Of a stretch of 64,000 nucleotides of DNA, positions 50,570 through 63,460 are shown piece after piece. A program made the position numbers and the translations under genes. This DNA comes from Camelus ferus. Its lineage: Eukaryota. Location of the stretch: contig NC_045697.1 of the NCBI RefSeq assembly GCF_009834535.1, positions 51,524,001-51,588,000 on the forward strand. The letters run 5' to 3'. The notes under the pieces were generated by a model. It did not search any database. It saw nothing but the letters and a program-made list of their open reading frames with translations, and had not been told where the DNA came from. Numbering within the stretch: the first letter of the stretch is position 1; each line of letters begins with the position of its first letter.

Positions 50570-52805
50570 TAAACCTTCATTTTTTTCTGGAAAGTTTCAA
50601 ATTTACAATAAAACTGAAAGGAAGGTTCAGAGATTTCTCATGTACACCCTAACCCTGACACATTCTGAGCCTGCCCCATATCACTCACCAGAATGGTATT
50701 TTTTCTTTTTAACCAAGGATGAACCTTTGTTGACATGTCATAATTACCCAAAGTCCATAGTTTACCTAAAGTTTCACTCTTGGGCATTCACTGAGTTTGG
50801 AAAAATTATAATTGCACACATTTATTATTAAAATATCATACACAGTATTTTCACTGTCCCCAGAATCCCCTGTGCTCTGCCTTATCTCTCTCTCTGAACT
50901 TCTCCTCCCTATTCCTGGAAACCACTGACTTTTTTATTGTTCATAGTTTTGCTTTTCCCAGAATGGCATGTAATTGGAATCATAGAGTATGTCACCTTCT
51001 CAGATTGACTCTTTTCACTTAGTAATATGCATTTAAGGTTCTCCATGGCTTTTCATGGCTTGATAGCTCAGTTCTTTTTAGCACTGAATGAGCACCATTG
51101 TCTGAATGAACCACAGTTTGTTTATCCACTCACCTAATGAAGGATATCTTGGTTGCTTCAACTTTTGACCATCCATGCAGGCTTTTGAGTGGACATAAGT
51201 TTTCAGCTCCTTTGCGTTAATACCAAGGAGCGCGATGTTAGATCATATGGTAAGAGTATATTTAGTATTGTAAGAAACCACCAAACTAGCCTTCCAAAAT
51301 AGTTGTACTATTTTGCCTTCCCACCAGCAATCTATGAGGGTTTCTATTGTTCCACATCTTTGCCAAGCTTTGGTGTTAGGCCAGATTTTGGCCATTCTAA
51401 TGGGTGTGTAAGGGTATCTCATTGCTGTTTTAATTTGCATTTCTCTGATGATGTATGATATGAAGCATCTTTTTTATGTGCTTATTTGTCATCTATACAT
51501 CTTGGGTGAGATGTATGTTAAGGTCTTTGGCTCAGCCTTGCATACCTGGGATAGATCCCACTTGGAGGTCACAGTATATAATTATTTTTTATACTTTTTT
51601 GGATTTGATTTGCTAATATTTTGTTGAAGATTTTTACGTCTGTGTTAATGAGATTTGTTTCTCTTGTAATGTCTTTGTCTGGTTTTAATGTTAGGGTAAT
51701 TTTTCCCTAATAGAGTGAGTTAGAAGACATTCCCTCTCTTTTGTTTTCTGAAACAGAATGTAGACACATGGTATAATTTCTTTCTTAAATATTTGGTAGA
51801 ATTCACCAGTGAACCCTTTTGGCCTGGTGTTTTCTGTTTTGAAAGATTATTAATTATTGATTCTATTTCTTTAATAGATATAGGCCTATTCAGATTATTT
51901 ATTTCTTCCTGTGTGAGTTCTGGCAGATTTTGTCTTTCAAAGGAGTTGGTCCATTTCATCTAGGTTTTCAAATTTGTGGGCCTAGACTTGTTCATGGTAT
52001 TCTTTTATTATCTTTTTAGTTTCTGTGGGTAATTAAAGTGATATTTTCCTTCCATTTCTGATGTTAGTAATTTGTGTCCTCTCTCTTCATTAGCCTGGTT
52101 TGTAGATTTTATTGATCCTTTAAATTAAATTAATTTTGAGTTTCATTGATTTTCTACGTTGCTTTCCTGTTTCAGTTTTATTGATTTCTGCTCTAATTAT
52201 TATTATTCCTTTTCTTCTGATTACCGTGGATTTAATTTGCTCTTGTTTTCTAGTTTTCTAAAATGGTACTTAGATAATTGCTTTTAGATATTTCTTCTTT
52301 TCTAATATATGCATTTAATGCTGTAATTTTCCCTCTAAGCACTACATTCACTACATCCCACAAATTTTGGTAAATTGTGTTCTCAATTTGATTTAGCTCA
52401 AAATATTTTAAAATTTCTCTTGAGATTACTTCTTTGGTCCATGTGTTGTTTAGAAATACGTTGTTTAATCCTCATGTATTTAGGAATTTTCCAGTTACCT
52501 TTTTTTAGTTATTTCTAGTTTAATTCCTTGTGGTTTGAGAACAGTAATTGTATGATTTTTATTCTTTTAAATTTATTAGGATGTATTTTATGGCTCATAA
52601 TGTGGGCTATCTTGGTGAAAATTCCAATGTGAACTTGAGAAAATGTGTATTCCGCTGTTGTTGAAGTAGTACATTGATGTCAATATATACAATTGACTGA
52701 TGGTATTATTGAGTTCAACTACACCCTTCCTGATTTTCTGCCTGCTGGATCTGTCTATTTCTGAGAGAAGGGGATTGAAGTTTTCAACTATGAGAGTGGA
52801 GTCAT
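50570..52805 (-). mobile_element. Old L1 (L1MC/MD-like): 3'UTR and ORF2, with a large internal deletion near 51533
   Basis: Minus ORFs give MQIKTAMRYPYTPIRMAKI (ORF2 C-terminus), NLPELTQEEINNLNRPISIKEIESII (pre-RT region) and STLIVENFNPLLSEIDRSSRQKI (endonuclease). Confidence 0.85.
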
Positions 52806-54619
52806 GCTGAGAATTCAAGTATGAATGAGATACTTTTCTCAAATAGTTTATTTTGTGGGTATAAAGGAAGAAAATTCTGTTGCTTTGTTTTTGTGATTGG
52901 ACAGCTAATCTAACTCCTTGGAGTAGTAGGGTTATTTCTTGCTCATGCTGGTGTTTGTGGTTTGCTCTTTCATTGCAGGCCACTGGCAATCTGAAAAACA
53001 ATTCACTTTTTGCCTCTTTTTGATAACACTCAGCAATAAGAACACTATGACTAGGTATTGGATTTAGCAAACACATCCTCAAAGTATTTTTTCCAAAACA
53101 TCTAAAAAATATTTTGGAATTTGTAGGACCCCCCCCCCAAAAAAAACATATTCAGAACATTTTTCCTCTGGATTTCTAAATTCTGATTCATTTACATATA
53201 ACTCAGCCCAGCATTATTTTGTGACAGTGGTTTGAAGCTCAAGAATTTTCCTGAGTTTCTGGTATTTACTCTTTTTTAGTCCTAAACCCCAACTTCCCCC
53301 AACATCCAAACAAAGAAATCCTATTATGTCTACACAGCCCTTGAATATTCAAGTTCTGCTTAAAACCAAAAATTCAGAAAGCCTGGGGTCAAAGGTATAT
53401 GTTCGCTGCCCTATTCCACATTTGCCCCTCCCGTTGGGTGAATTATGTTTCAGAAAAACCAGAGGTAGGGAAGGAGGGGAAGGTAATTTCTTTCTACCAA
53501 TGCTTTGGCACATTCATGCTCTGCTGGATCTTACCCACATGCAAATGTGATCATAAAGACAGAGCAGGACATTCTTTTTCCTTGAAGAATATGCTGGCAT
53601 GAGTATTTTTGTTGGAACTTGGGTTTTTGTAAAAACTGTGCTGAATCAGAAGAAGAAAGCAGTGATGGAAAGTATCAGCGTCATTCTGCCTTCCTCTCCT
53701 TTCAATCCCCGAGAAATTAAAAACAAAAAACAAAAAGCAAAAAACCCACAGAGAATTCACGGCACATTCCAAGAGAGTTGGTCATTATTCTGTTTCAGCA
53801 GCCCTTGAACTTTATAAACAAGTATCCAGAGTAACCTGGTGGAGCCTGTAGTTTCCTATCTTTTTGTCTGCCAGTTGCTCCTGTTATTACTGTGGCCATT
53901 ACCATTATTATTAAGGCAGGCATCTCATCATGTTTTCAAACAAAAGCCTGGCTACCTTTCTGAAAATTTTGTAAGAACTAAGCTCCCTATAAAATTTTAA
54001 GGAGACATTCTAAAACTAAAACTGCACAGGTTCAATCTGAACTCCATTAATGGCCTCCTTGAAGCCAAACACAGTCTTGCAAAGCCTATTAGTGTGAGCT
54101 GGAGACACTGAAGGCCCACATAGGGTCTGAGACTCCAAAAATGCCTCACTCAAGCTGGCATCCTTCCCTGAACTGTGCTGTTTGAGGCCTTTGCTGGGTT
54201 CAGGTAAAATTCACATCTTGTTTCTTTCTCTTTATTCTGTCAGCTAAGAAGAAATACAAGATAGTTCTAAACTGCCTGGAGACTTAGCAACCAGGTGAAA
54301 GGCCTTCTTTCTTGGCAGGACTGAGAGAGCTTTTCTGCTTGCTGCATTCATTTAGCAGAATGTCCTGATGCTATTCTGTGACATAGGCATTTATGGCTCC
54401 TTAATTAAAAATGCACGTTCTCTCATTCTATGGCCAAATATATAACAAAGGATCCATGGGAACTCAAATTCTTCACTGGGTCTGGAAGGTAACTGCATCT
54501 TCCTGGACAGGAGAATTTATGAAGGAACTTCTGATCCCTAGTCTTGAGGATCAGATCCAGTGATGAATAGGCTCACTTTTGAATGGCCTGCTTCCAGCTC
54601 TAATAGGAATGGCTTTCAT

Positions 54620-55720
54620 TTACCCATTCAACCAGTACTTGTAGACAGTTTCTTATGTGCCAGACAAAATCCTAGGTGCTGGAAAAATACCAATGAACAA
54701 GACAGACAAAACAGATCCCTCAAGGAACTTGTAACAGAATGATGGAGATACACAGAGTTTTTTTATAGTGCTTTGGACAACTCCTATAAAGAAAATTAAA
54801 GCAAGATAACAGAATGGAAAATGATGAGATATGTATATGTGTAGTAGATGTGGTAGCTATTTTAGATATGGTAATCAGGGAAGGATTTCCAAAGGAGTTG
54901 GCACTTAAGAGGTATTTGGACAAAATGAGAGAATGAACCCATTCTCTCATGAAATGTCTAGGAGAAATCTATTCCAGGGAGAGAACAGTAAAGGCTGGTG
55001 CCCTGAAGTTGGGATGAGCCTGTACACTTGAGGAACAACAAAAATCCCAGTCTAGGGAAAAAGGAGTTGAAATAGGAGAAAATATTAGAAGATGAGGTTA
55101 AAGCATGTGGTATATCAATAACTGGCCCCAGTCCTTTACCTCTCACTGTCTCATTGAGATTACAATGTATCTTTTGCTCTTCAACCTTGGGATCATCCAC
55201 ATAATGTTCTTTGGCTAATGGCAAGTGGGCAGAGAGGACAGGATGCCAGTTCTGACCAGAGATTTAAGAAGTCGGGCACATTTCCATTTCTACTGCAGCT
55301 AGTTCATTGGTCCCAGGAGAAGGATGAGAGACGCATGTGGAACCTTCTAAACTGTTGCAGCCTGAAGCAGTTCTGCTCCAGTGAGACCAACTCAGCCAAC
55401 TAGCAGATCTATGAGAATAAATGATTGAAATACTTGAGTTTTGTGGTTGTTTTTAAAGTACTATTATGGCAATGGCTAACCAATGCAGGGACCCGATCAA
55501 CTAGGATCTCAAGGGCCTTATTAAGAAGTTGGACACTCCTCTAAAGGTAATGGAAAACCACTGGATGGTACTAAGTTAGGAAATGACACAACTTGAATTA
55601 AGTTTTTACAAAATTGGTAAGTTTTAAAATCTCTTTACTCTCTAAAGAACAAACTGTAGAAGAAAAGTGACATAAAGCAGTTGAGGAGTTTCAAGAGAAT
55701 GATGTTGGCGGCTGAGACAA
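54620..55720 (-). mobile_element. L2 LINE interrupted by an MLT1 LTR
   Basis: ttatgtgccagacaaaatcctaggtgctgg...ggtaatcagggaagg...tattccaggga; resumes after 55487 (aaaggtaatggaaaaccactggatgg). Confidence 0.7.
55106..55487 (+). mobile_element. MaLR solo LTR (MLT1H/I-like)
   Basis: TGTGGTA start, ctttggctaatgg, AATAAA at ~55416, and end ggcaatggctaaccaatgCA. Confidence 0.75.
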
Positions 55721-55999
55721 TCTCGTTTATTAATGACTTGTGATTTTCTTAATTCACATGCGTCTTGCTATAGCATACCCAGTCTGAGCCATTAGGACTA
55801 TCATCTTTCCTTCATATTGGAGGCAGGAAACACAGAGCTTAACATTAGGAAGAATCTCTTCCGATGACAGTTTTTAAGTATAAAAGGGAGAAGCCAGATA
55901 ATGGAGAAAGAAACCATATGTCTTTTTGGTCCTACATTTAAAGGCCTCAAGAACAATACAGATGTAACGTGGTAAGAAGGAGAAAGATTCAGAGAGAGA

Positions 56000-56190
56000 G
56001 AGCACTTGGATAGTTAGCAGGTCAGGATAACTAATGTCTTGCTGTTGTCTCTAAATAATCTTGAGCAAGTGGAAGTCTTAGATCTTTCTCAGATTTCCAT
56101 TTACCCACAGAAAAATGGGATAATAACCACCTAACCTACTTATAAGTTTATCCCAAGGATATTGTGTATGCTAAGGCACTTTGAAGAAAA
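56000..56190 (+). mobile_element. MIR fragment
   Basis: cttgagcaagt...aaaatgggataataaccacctaacct...taaggcactttg. Confidence 0.55.
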
Positions 56191-57354
56191 GTATACAATG
56201 CCATTACTATGGAAAGTACAATTATCAACTTGAAAACCAGTCAAGGTCTTTGCTGGTGAGAGACAATTTAAACATATAAAAAGTCCTGCTAATTTACTTT
56301 AAGTATTGTAATTATTAACATATCTAGGAAATTTCCATTTTTATTGAATATAAGTTAGAATAAATCTGAGCAAATGTGACCCACTGTGTCTGCTCTTCTA
56401 TTTAAATTTTGAGCTAATATGGCTTGACACCATAGTAAAAATACACCAGACTTAAAGATGTTTTACTATTACAGAGATATTGGGGAAGGATGTAAACTTT
56501 TTTGGATTTTTTTCTGTATTAAAAGAAGAATTAAATCAAAAAGTAAAATTTAAATGCTTTTTTTTTTCTCTCTCAGAAAAACACACACACTCACAAAACA
56601 CAAACTACCCAAATTGCTGATGCTTCCTCAAGTCTAGGAGTAACTTCACCCACAGCACATGCGTTGTCTGTTCTAATGCTTGTCCTGAAAGAGAAGGCAA
56701 GAAATCATGAGCACTCCCATGAATGCTTTTTCAGTCTCTCCTACCCACTTTTCTATAATCCCTATGCCATTTGAGGGAAAATTCTCCTCCGCTTACAAAG
56801 ACAACTATAATATCTTCACGTGAACTGACATTTTTAAACCAAACTGCCCGCTTATATTTTATCATTTGATCAAAAATACTCTTGATCTTGTGTTCCAGAT
56901 TAAACCAAAATGAGGCCATAAATGGAAAAGTTGGGTGAGGCAGTGAGGACATTGTCCAGAGGAGTGTGACCTGGCCAATTGGCTTTCCTTCTCAGGTAAT
57001 GGGGAATTTTGGACTTGCCATCAGAGGTGACCAAAAGGTAGAAGTTTTCTTCCTCTCCCTCACCATTTCATGTCCTATAAGGCAGAAGGAAGTTCTGGAG
57101 GGAGCCTGCTCTCTGGTTTGGGATTCAACCCTCTTTTCTGGTACTGTATTTATGACTGTGATTGGGGCCCCTCACCAGGAACATAGTTACCCTGTGCAAA
57201 CTGACAGGGGACTCTGTGTTGGTTCTAATCATGAAATAGCAACAAGGCCTTCCTCTCATTAGCTTTCTGGCCTTCAGATCATCAGATGTTGTAGGAAATT
57301 ATGGGTGTAGAGGTCAAACCGTTTTCCTAAGAGCTAAGAGATAAAAGTGCGAGT

Positions 57355-57368
57355 GTTGCCATGACTAC
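57355..57368. promoter_or_regulatory. RFX X-box-like motif
   Basis: GTTGCCATGACTAC matches GTTGCCATGGCAAC at 12/14. Confidence 0.3.
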
Positions 57369-57509
57369 CACTCCTCACCAGCAGCTGGGAGGGAAACTAA
57401 TGACTTTTTCTTTATAATGTTAGTAGTTTAACAGTCCTGTTTCGACTGAGCTGTTTCTTTCTTGGTTTCATATTTGTTTTGACTTTTTTGCACCAAAATT
57501 TGTAAGCAC

Positions 57510-57656
57510 TTCATGAGCTATGGTCTTTGAACTTCAAGAAAAATGTATGCATAATTTTGTGTGTAAATTACATACATTGTGGTGGATTGAGGATCAGAAG
57601 CTTTCATGATATTTTCAAAGAGGTCTGTGATGCAAAAAATGGGTTGAGTACTATTA
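57510..57656. mobile_element. hAT-Charlie MITE remnant
   Basis: agctttcatgatattttcaaagaggtctgtgatgcaaaaaatgggttgagtacta resembles a Charlie-type terminus. Confidence 0.4.
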
Positions 57657-57879
57657 ACCTCGATAATAAAGTTGTCACTTATATAGTCAGCAGTAGGACA
57701 TTAGCCTTAAGCCATTAGGGTGCTATCTGATTAATGGGATGTAATAAAAGCTGGGGCAGCTACCCGCTTTGCTAAGGGAATTGCTCCAGATTCCATCACC
57801 CAATCACTTTTGAACTCGAACTCTCTTGTCCTCCTTTCTTTCATAGTCTAGAATCCTTTGGCTTAGAACCTGGATACTT

Positions 57880-58017
57880 CTTCTTCTTTTTTTTTTTTTT
57901 TAGGGGGAAGGTAATTAGATTTGTTTGTCTGTTTGTTTTTAATGGAGGTACTAGGAACTGGGTATAGGACCTTGTGCACACTAAGCATGCACTCTACCTC
58001 TGAGCTATACCCTTCCC
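57880..58017 (-). mobile_element. tRNA(Ala)-derived SINE, Vic-1 type (camelid)
   Basis: Minus strand GGGAAGGGTATAGCTCAGAGGTAGAGTGCATGCTTAGTGTGCACAAGGTCC...TACCTCCATTAAAAAC...CTAATTACCTTCCCCC plus A-tail. TSD ctggatactt (57870-57879 / 58020-58029). Confidence 0.85.
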
Positions 58018-58682
58018 AACTGGATACTTTTTGAAAAGCTTCTTACCTTATTATTGATAGGTCATTTGAACAGCCTGTCCTTTTTATTTGTACCTTCTTT
58101 GCACCAAAATCAAAACAGGGGACAGGAATTGAGAATGGCTAGTAAGGGGTTGAAGGGAAGAATGAGAAACTGGAAACCTTTCCTTTGTTCTCAGTTAGTC
58201 TTCTTTGATGTCATTTCCGAGTTCTGACTCCAGAGCCACAGATTTTAAGGTTCCAAGCCCAACGACTTCCTGGGAAGGAAATTTTGATGTGTAATACAAG
58301 TTTTAGTGGGCCTAAGAATAAAAAGGACTTTTCAGATCTGTCTTACTTTGACTAATTCAAGGACTCCATTCCAACCACACGTGCTATATAGAGAATGTTT
58401 CTTTCAATGTCTAACACACAAATGGGTTACCTCCCTCTCTTTACTTGGATTGACTGGATTGGCCCCAGAAGTCATCTGTAGCTGGTTTGGAGTTTCCTGT
58501 TGTCTGGTTTCCTGAAGATAAATCTTTCTTTCTAGGGCTCCTTGGACTATAGGAAGGTTGTATCTTGGCTTCTTCGAACCTTACCTCTATCCTCCTCTTG
58601 AAATGCTTCATCAGGCAGGATCTGACAGCAGCTCTTTCTGACTTCCTGAAATATGTTTATTTAGCAGGTTATAACTTCTTTT

Positions 58683-58775
58683 TAAAAAAATGATTCTTTA
58701 TAAATTTTTGTTTAAAAATTTTTAATTGAAGCATAGTTGATTTACAGTGTCAGTTTCAGGTGTACAGCAAAATGA

Positions 58776-58835
<60 letters not shown>

Positions 58836-58960
58836 CATATATATATTCTTTTTCAATTTCTTTTCCACTATAGGCTATTACAAAATATTGAATATAGTTC
58901 TGTGTGCTATACAGTAGGTCCTTGTTGTTTATCTATTTTATATATAATAGTGTGTGTTTG
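58683..58960 (-). mobile_element. Short cetartiodactyl L1 3' end containing a long (TA)n microsatellite (~58779-58846)
   Basis: aattgaagcatagttgatttaca...caggtgtacagcaaa...gctatacagtaggtccttgttg. TSD tataacttctttt (58670-58682 / 58961-58973). Confidence 0.85.
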
Positions 58961-59852
58961 TATAACTTCTTTTCTTGATCTTCTCTTTGGAAGTAATCCA
59001 ATGGATGAAAGAACCTCAGAATGTTTAGGCATTTCTTGCCTTTAGACATTCCAGAAATAAGTGCTGGTTATTAATTTAGGAATTCTCAGCCTTGTTCGCA
59101 AAGACCAAAATGCATGAATTTGGAATAATAATAAAGATTGTTTTGAAGCTAGGAGAAAAATGACTTTTTTTCAAGTATCACTAGAAAATTTAGGGTGAAA
59201 TTTGGCCATATAACTTATTCTCCAAAGGAAAGTGGATCCTTTATCCCATGTAATGACTCTCTGATATCTGAAGGCCAAGCTAGAAGCAATCTCTATTCAG
59301 ATTCTAGTCCTTATTCTGTCATGTCGACTGTGGTCATTTTGGTTTTTAATTTTTAATGATGTTTTGGGTCTCATAATTTCTTAGCTGGAACACTGGAGCT
59401 ACTATAACTTTTGCACCTTTGAAATATTTCTTGATACAGAAACACACTTGAACACATAGACTTCACACAGCCACTGAATATTATACAGAAGGCATATTTT
59501 GCCATCTTCTGAAAAATCTAAGCCAATTTTTAAGAGTGAGCTCTTTTATGAAGTCATATTAATGTTTCCAAGTTCCTTGGTTGCCATTTAGGACACTGAA
59601 CCAAGAGTAACAATTTAGTATTTATAAGAAGCCAAAAAAACCTGGAGAGAGAGGGAAATAGAATAGAGCATATGTCAGTGGTAACATGAATTATCCTGAT
59701 GACATATTTTAACAAAATGTTTACTTCAGAGCACTTTGTTCAGTGGAATTGAGTTAAAAGTTGCCAACCAAAATGGTTAATTAGTGTCTAATCAAGACAG
59801 CTAAAATGAATAGTTGGTTCCCATCTTTGAGCATGTACCATGTCTAAAGAGT

Positions 59853-59930
59853 GTTTTTTTTTTTTAAATTGAAGTATGGTTGAATTACAATATGTTAGTT
59901 TTAGGTGTACAGCAAAGTGGTTCAGTTATA
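59853..59930 (-). mobile_element. Extreme 3' tip of a cetartiodactyl L1
   Basis: Poly-T followed by aattgaagtatggttgaattacaatatgttagttttaggtgtacagcaaagtggttcagttata. Confidence 0.8.
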
Positions 59931-59939
59931 GTCTTGTTT

Positions 59940-60052
59940 AGTGGGATATACAAATACTATACCATTTTATATAAGGAATTTGAGCATCCATGGATTTTGG
60001 TTTCTGCAGGGGACCCTGGAATGAGTCCCCTGCAGACATTGACGGGCAGCTG
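59940..60052. mobile_element. MER2B-like Tigger MITE, one end only
   Basis: aaatactataccattttatataaggaatttgagcatccatggattttgg...gacgggcagctg followed by TA. Confidence 0.7.
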
Positions 60053-60054
60053 TA

Positions 60055-60642
60055 ATGATGTGCATCTCTTCCTAACAATGAGATTGAAATTGACCGTGGT
60101 GGGAATATTTCCACCACAGAAATTGGCAAATGCAAATCAGGTCTTGATTTATTGTTTTGTTGATTGTCTAGACATAAAGTAATGGAGAAAATGTTAATAA
60201 TGGTGACCAAACTTAAAAATGTGCTGTGTCTGTAGCCATTACTATGTGAGTAACACCAAAAGTTGAGGAAATATTTTTCCTGTATTCAAAAACTAGTATC
60301 TTATTAATCAAAACAGTTCTTGAATCATTGAGGAATGAGTGAAGTCCCAACATATGTCTTCATTGTTTCACTCATTAGTGTAAATGAAAGTATCCACCTA
60401 AGTCATGTCCAAAATACACTTACTCATCAATTGCAACCATTAGCTATAGAAACAAGAGTTATTTATCTAAAAACCAAAGAAAGCATTTATTCTCTGAGAA
60501 TTAATTGGCTATATATAATTTATAATGAAATCTTATGTATTTTAATATTATTTGTAAATTGTTACATATCCTTGATATCAATACATCTATAATAATGTAT
60601 ATAACTGTATATATTTATATATAAACATACTTTTTCCAGAGA
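60055..60642 (+). mobile_element. MER63-like hAT (Blackjack group) element, left end missing
   Basis: tgcatctcttcctaac...gtggtgggaatatttccaccacagaaattggcaaatgcaaatcagg matches recalled MER63 internal sequence. Confidence 0.65.
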
Positions 60643-61449
60643 TTTTTCCTCACATATATGATATTTAACTATTTATCTTTTCTTCCACTTATTACATAGT
60701 CTTATTCTCTTTTTTGTGTTTAAGTAGGTTTTTCCATTTTCCTTATAATGTTAATTATTTGTATACAGCCATCCAAAGAATCAGTCAGTTATATGGCAAA
60801 GGTAGTAAGAACGGCAATATTTTCATGGCATTTATATCACTTTCCTTTAGAGAACAGCTAATTTACCAAATGATGGTACTCATGATGGTTTCTTTTTCAA
60901 GTGGATTGCAGCCACTTGCTACCCAAAATATCTAACATGCTTGTGCATCTGGAATAACTGTATACCTCACCTTTATTACTACACATTCAGCATAGTGTTT
61001 TTGTGTAAAGAGAGAGAATATAGAAAGTGGACATGGATACATGGCTTTAGAAATAGCAATACAGCAATACAGGAGAACTTCCCATTAATTTTTTTAGATA
61101 TTAATTTTTAATAGTATATCAAGTATATCAAGTAATTGACATTTCGGGCTTGTGAGATGAATAGTTCTTTTCCAGCAAAGGTGAGCAGTCCAGTCTGGAT
61201 AAAGTATGGTGTGACAGTAAGACAGGAACAGGCAAAAAGGCAAAGGGAAAAAAAGCTCTCGGAGCCAGAGAGGAGTAGGGACATAGTATCACTTCCTGGC
61301 AGGATCCTGAAGATAAGCCATCATAAGAAGGTCTGCTCATGGATCACTGAGCACATGAAGAGTGGTCTAATTGGAGTGTTCAGTGCAATATATAGTCAGA
61401 CTAAGACAGGTGTGAGTCCTAGCTCTGCCATTTACTAGCATATGACACC

Positions 61450-61774
61450 TTGCCACCTGTAAGTTAACTATACATGGAAATGACTGTAAATCCCATACCT
61501 ATATCCTACTAAGCTAAACTAAAACTGACCTCAGATCTCCCTTAGCAAGATCCCCAGAATGCTTGCACCTCTTCCAACACTACCCAATGTAAGGGAAAGT
61601 ATGACAGAGGAAAGCTGAATGGAAAGAGTCAGTGGTTTTACCTAACTGCAGTGAAATTTTTTATATTTTGCAACTTCTAAAAAAACACATTTCTAGGTCC
61701 CTCATGGGGCCTTAGAATCGCCTATGCAAGTCAGAAGGTTATGCTTTATCAGCTTCGCAGAGAATGAGACTCTG
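61450..61774. mobile_element. hAT-Tip100 element remnant (Zaphod/MER115-like), adjacent to a partial MIR at ~61385-61450
   Basis: Terminus tatgcaagtcagaaggttatgctttatcagcttcgcagagaatgagactctg resembles the recalled Zaphod-type TIR region. Confidence 0.4.
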
Positions 61775-62656
61775 CTGGAAATGTCACAGTGGGAATGACA
61801 TTTTGGGTTTCCCATACAACTATGATAACCATAAACCAAAGTGGAAATTAAGGCTAACTTTGAAGTGGCTGCTACCCTTGCCTGGTCTTCTTGTGCATTT
61901 ACAATAAGACCACCCTTCTCTGTCTGGTAGCGTTCTGTCCTTTAACTGCTGCGTGAAACAAAAAGTGCTTATTATTGGGCAACTGTAAAGAGCTTCCAGA
62001 AATCATTGTATTCATTTGCTGCTTCTGTCAGACTTCAATTTATTGGAAAAGGCAAGGAATGGTGAAAGACAAAAGACTACACTAACATATTATCTATCTA
62101 TATATATGCCTCCTCTTAAAAATTCAACACATTTTAGGCTTGAAACAGAGATTTAAAAAAAAAACAAACCCTTTTTTGTTTTCCAAAAATTAGGCAAAAA
62201 AGATCCATGTTTTTAATAAATGAAAAACATTGTATTTGCAGCTAAGTTTTGAGTTATTGTATTAAATGCTGAAATTCACAAATGCTTGTTATAAGAGGCT
62301 TTTATTTTATGGTATTACTGTCCCTCTATAGTCTTACTTTTGAATGTGTTTTCTTTCCTCTGCCAGGCCAGTGGTTATTTATCTCGGCTGTAATATAGGG
62401 TCATTGGAGTACTTTTAAAAAAATAACCGTTTCCTAGAATGTGCAACTTTTAAAAACAACCCAAATTATCTGGATGCACAATATACAAAAACAATGAGAG
62501 ACAATGTGAAAACCAAATATCAGGGCAGGACAACTCAGGTCTGGGCCTGAGCAGTTCCATCTCTGTGCTGGTATTCAGAAAGAGAACAGGACTGACTCCC
62601 GCTCCACAAGCACTGTAGCTCCACCTACTGGGAGGACAGGCCTTTGAACATAAGTA

Positions 62657-62867
62657 CTGTTGACCTTTGCACACATGGATCTGAACTGTGCGGGTCCACT
62701 TACACGCAGAATTTTTTTCAGTAGTAGGCACCACAGTACTGCACGATACTTGGTTGGTTGAGTGTGAGGAGAAAGCACGTGTAATGAGGGCCGGCTGCAA
62801 GTTAGAGGCAGATTTCTGACTGCGCCCAGGGTTAGCACCCCCTAAACTCCACAGTAAGGGTCAACTT
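62657..62867 (+). mobile_element. Tigger2-derived MITE (same family as 31941-32164)
   Basis: ta-ctgttgacctttgcacacatggatctgaactgtgcgggtccacttacacgcag...aagggtcaactt-ta. Confidence 0.8.
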
Positions 62868-63319
62868 TACTCTATTTCCCGTAAATATGGTTGATTCCAT
62901 TTCAGCCATCAGTAAAATAAATCTAATCTTGATTGACAACGACAAAAATTAGTTTCCAAATGCTGTGTTTTGGAAATCAAATAGAATTCTTCGTTTCTTA
63001 GTCATGGTGTGAGGTAAGGCAGATGTCAAGAAACATATCAACATATTCCTTCAAATGTTGAAGATTATTTGAAGCAGGCATTGCACTCTATCTTTACATT
63101 GTATCTCAACTTGATATTTATTCTAAAAAATTCCAACCGATACTTATTGATGATTGGAACAACTATCACACTCTCTCCTGCATTTAAGTATTTGCAAGTT
63201 CTCTGTGCATGATGCAGCTTGGACCAGTCACTCCTGCCCTTTTCTCTTCTTGTCTTTTTCTTTTTTTCCACTTCTGCTGCTTTCATGTTCCTTGAATCTG
63301 AAGTTGTGGGTGAGTAGGG

Positions 63320-63460
63320 AGGTGTTTGTACATTCCTTCATTCATCAAATATGTATTAAGTGCTTTCCATGTACCAGATACTATGCAGGTGTGGTAGGTT
63401 TGTTGGGGAGCAGAGATGTGGGAATTCCTTTCTCTCTTCACAGTTTAAGCCCAGAGGGAT
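63320..63460 (-). mobile_element. L2 3' end fragment
   Basis: cattccttcattcatcaaatatgtattaagtgctttccatgtaccagatact. Confidence 0.6.

Noticed and set aside
52588..53082. Longest ORF in the track (164 aa)
   Set aside because: The C-terminal part is decayed L1 endonuclease and the N-terminal part is chance read-through from flanking DNA.
57945..58017. tRNA-Ala-like sequence
   Set aside because: It is a SINE head with tail and TSD, and the T-arm/B-box is destroyed; not a tRNA gene.
63002..63013. Possible 12-nt micro-exon (ttcttAG|tcatggtgtgag|GTAAGG)
   Set aside because: Too short to support from sequence alone, with no independent evidence.
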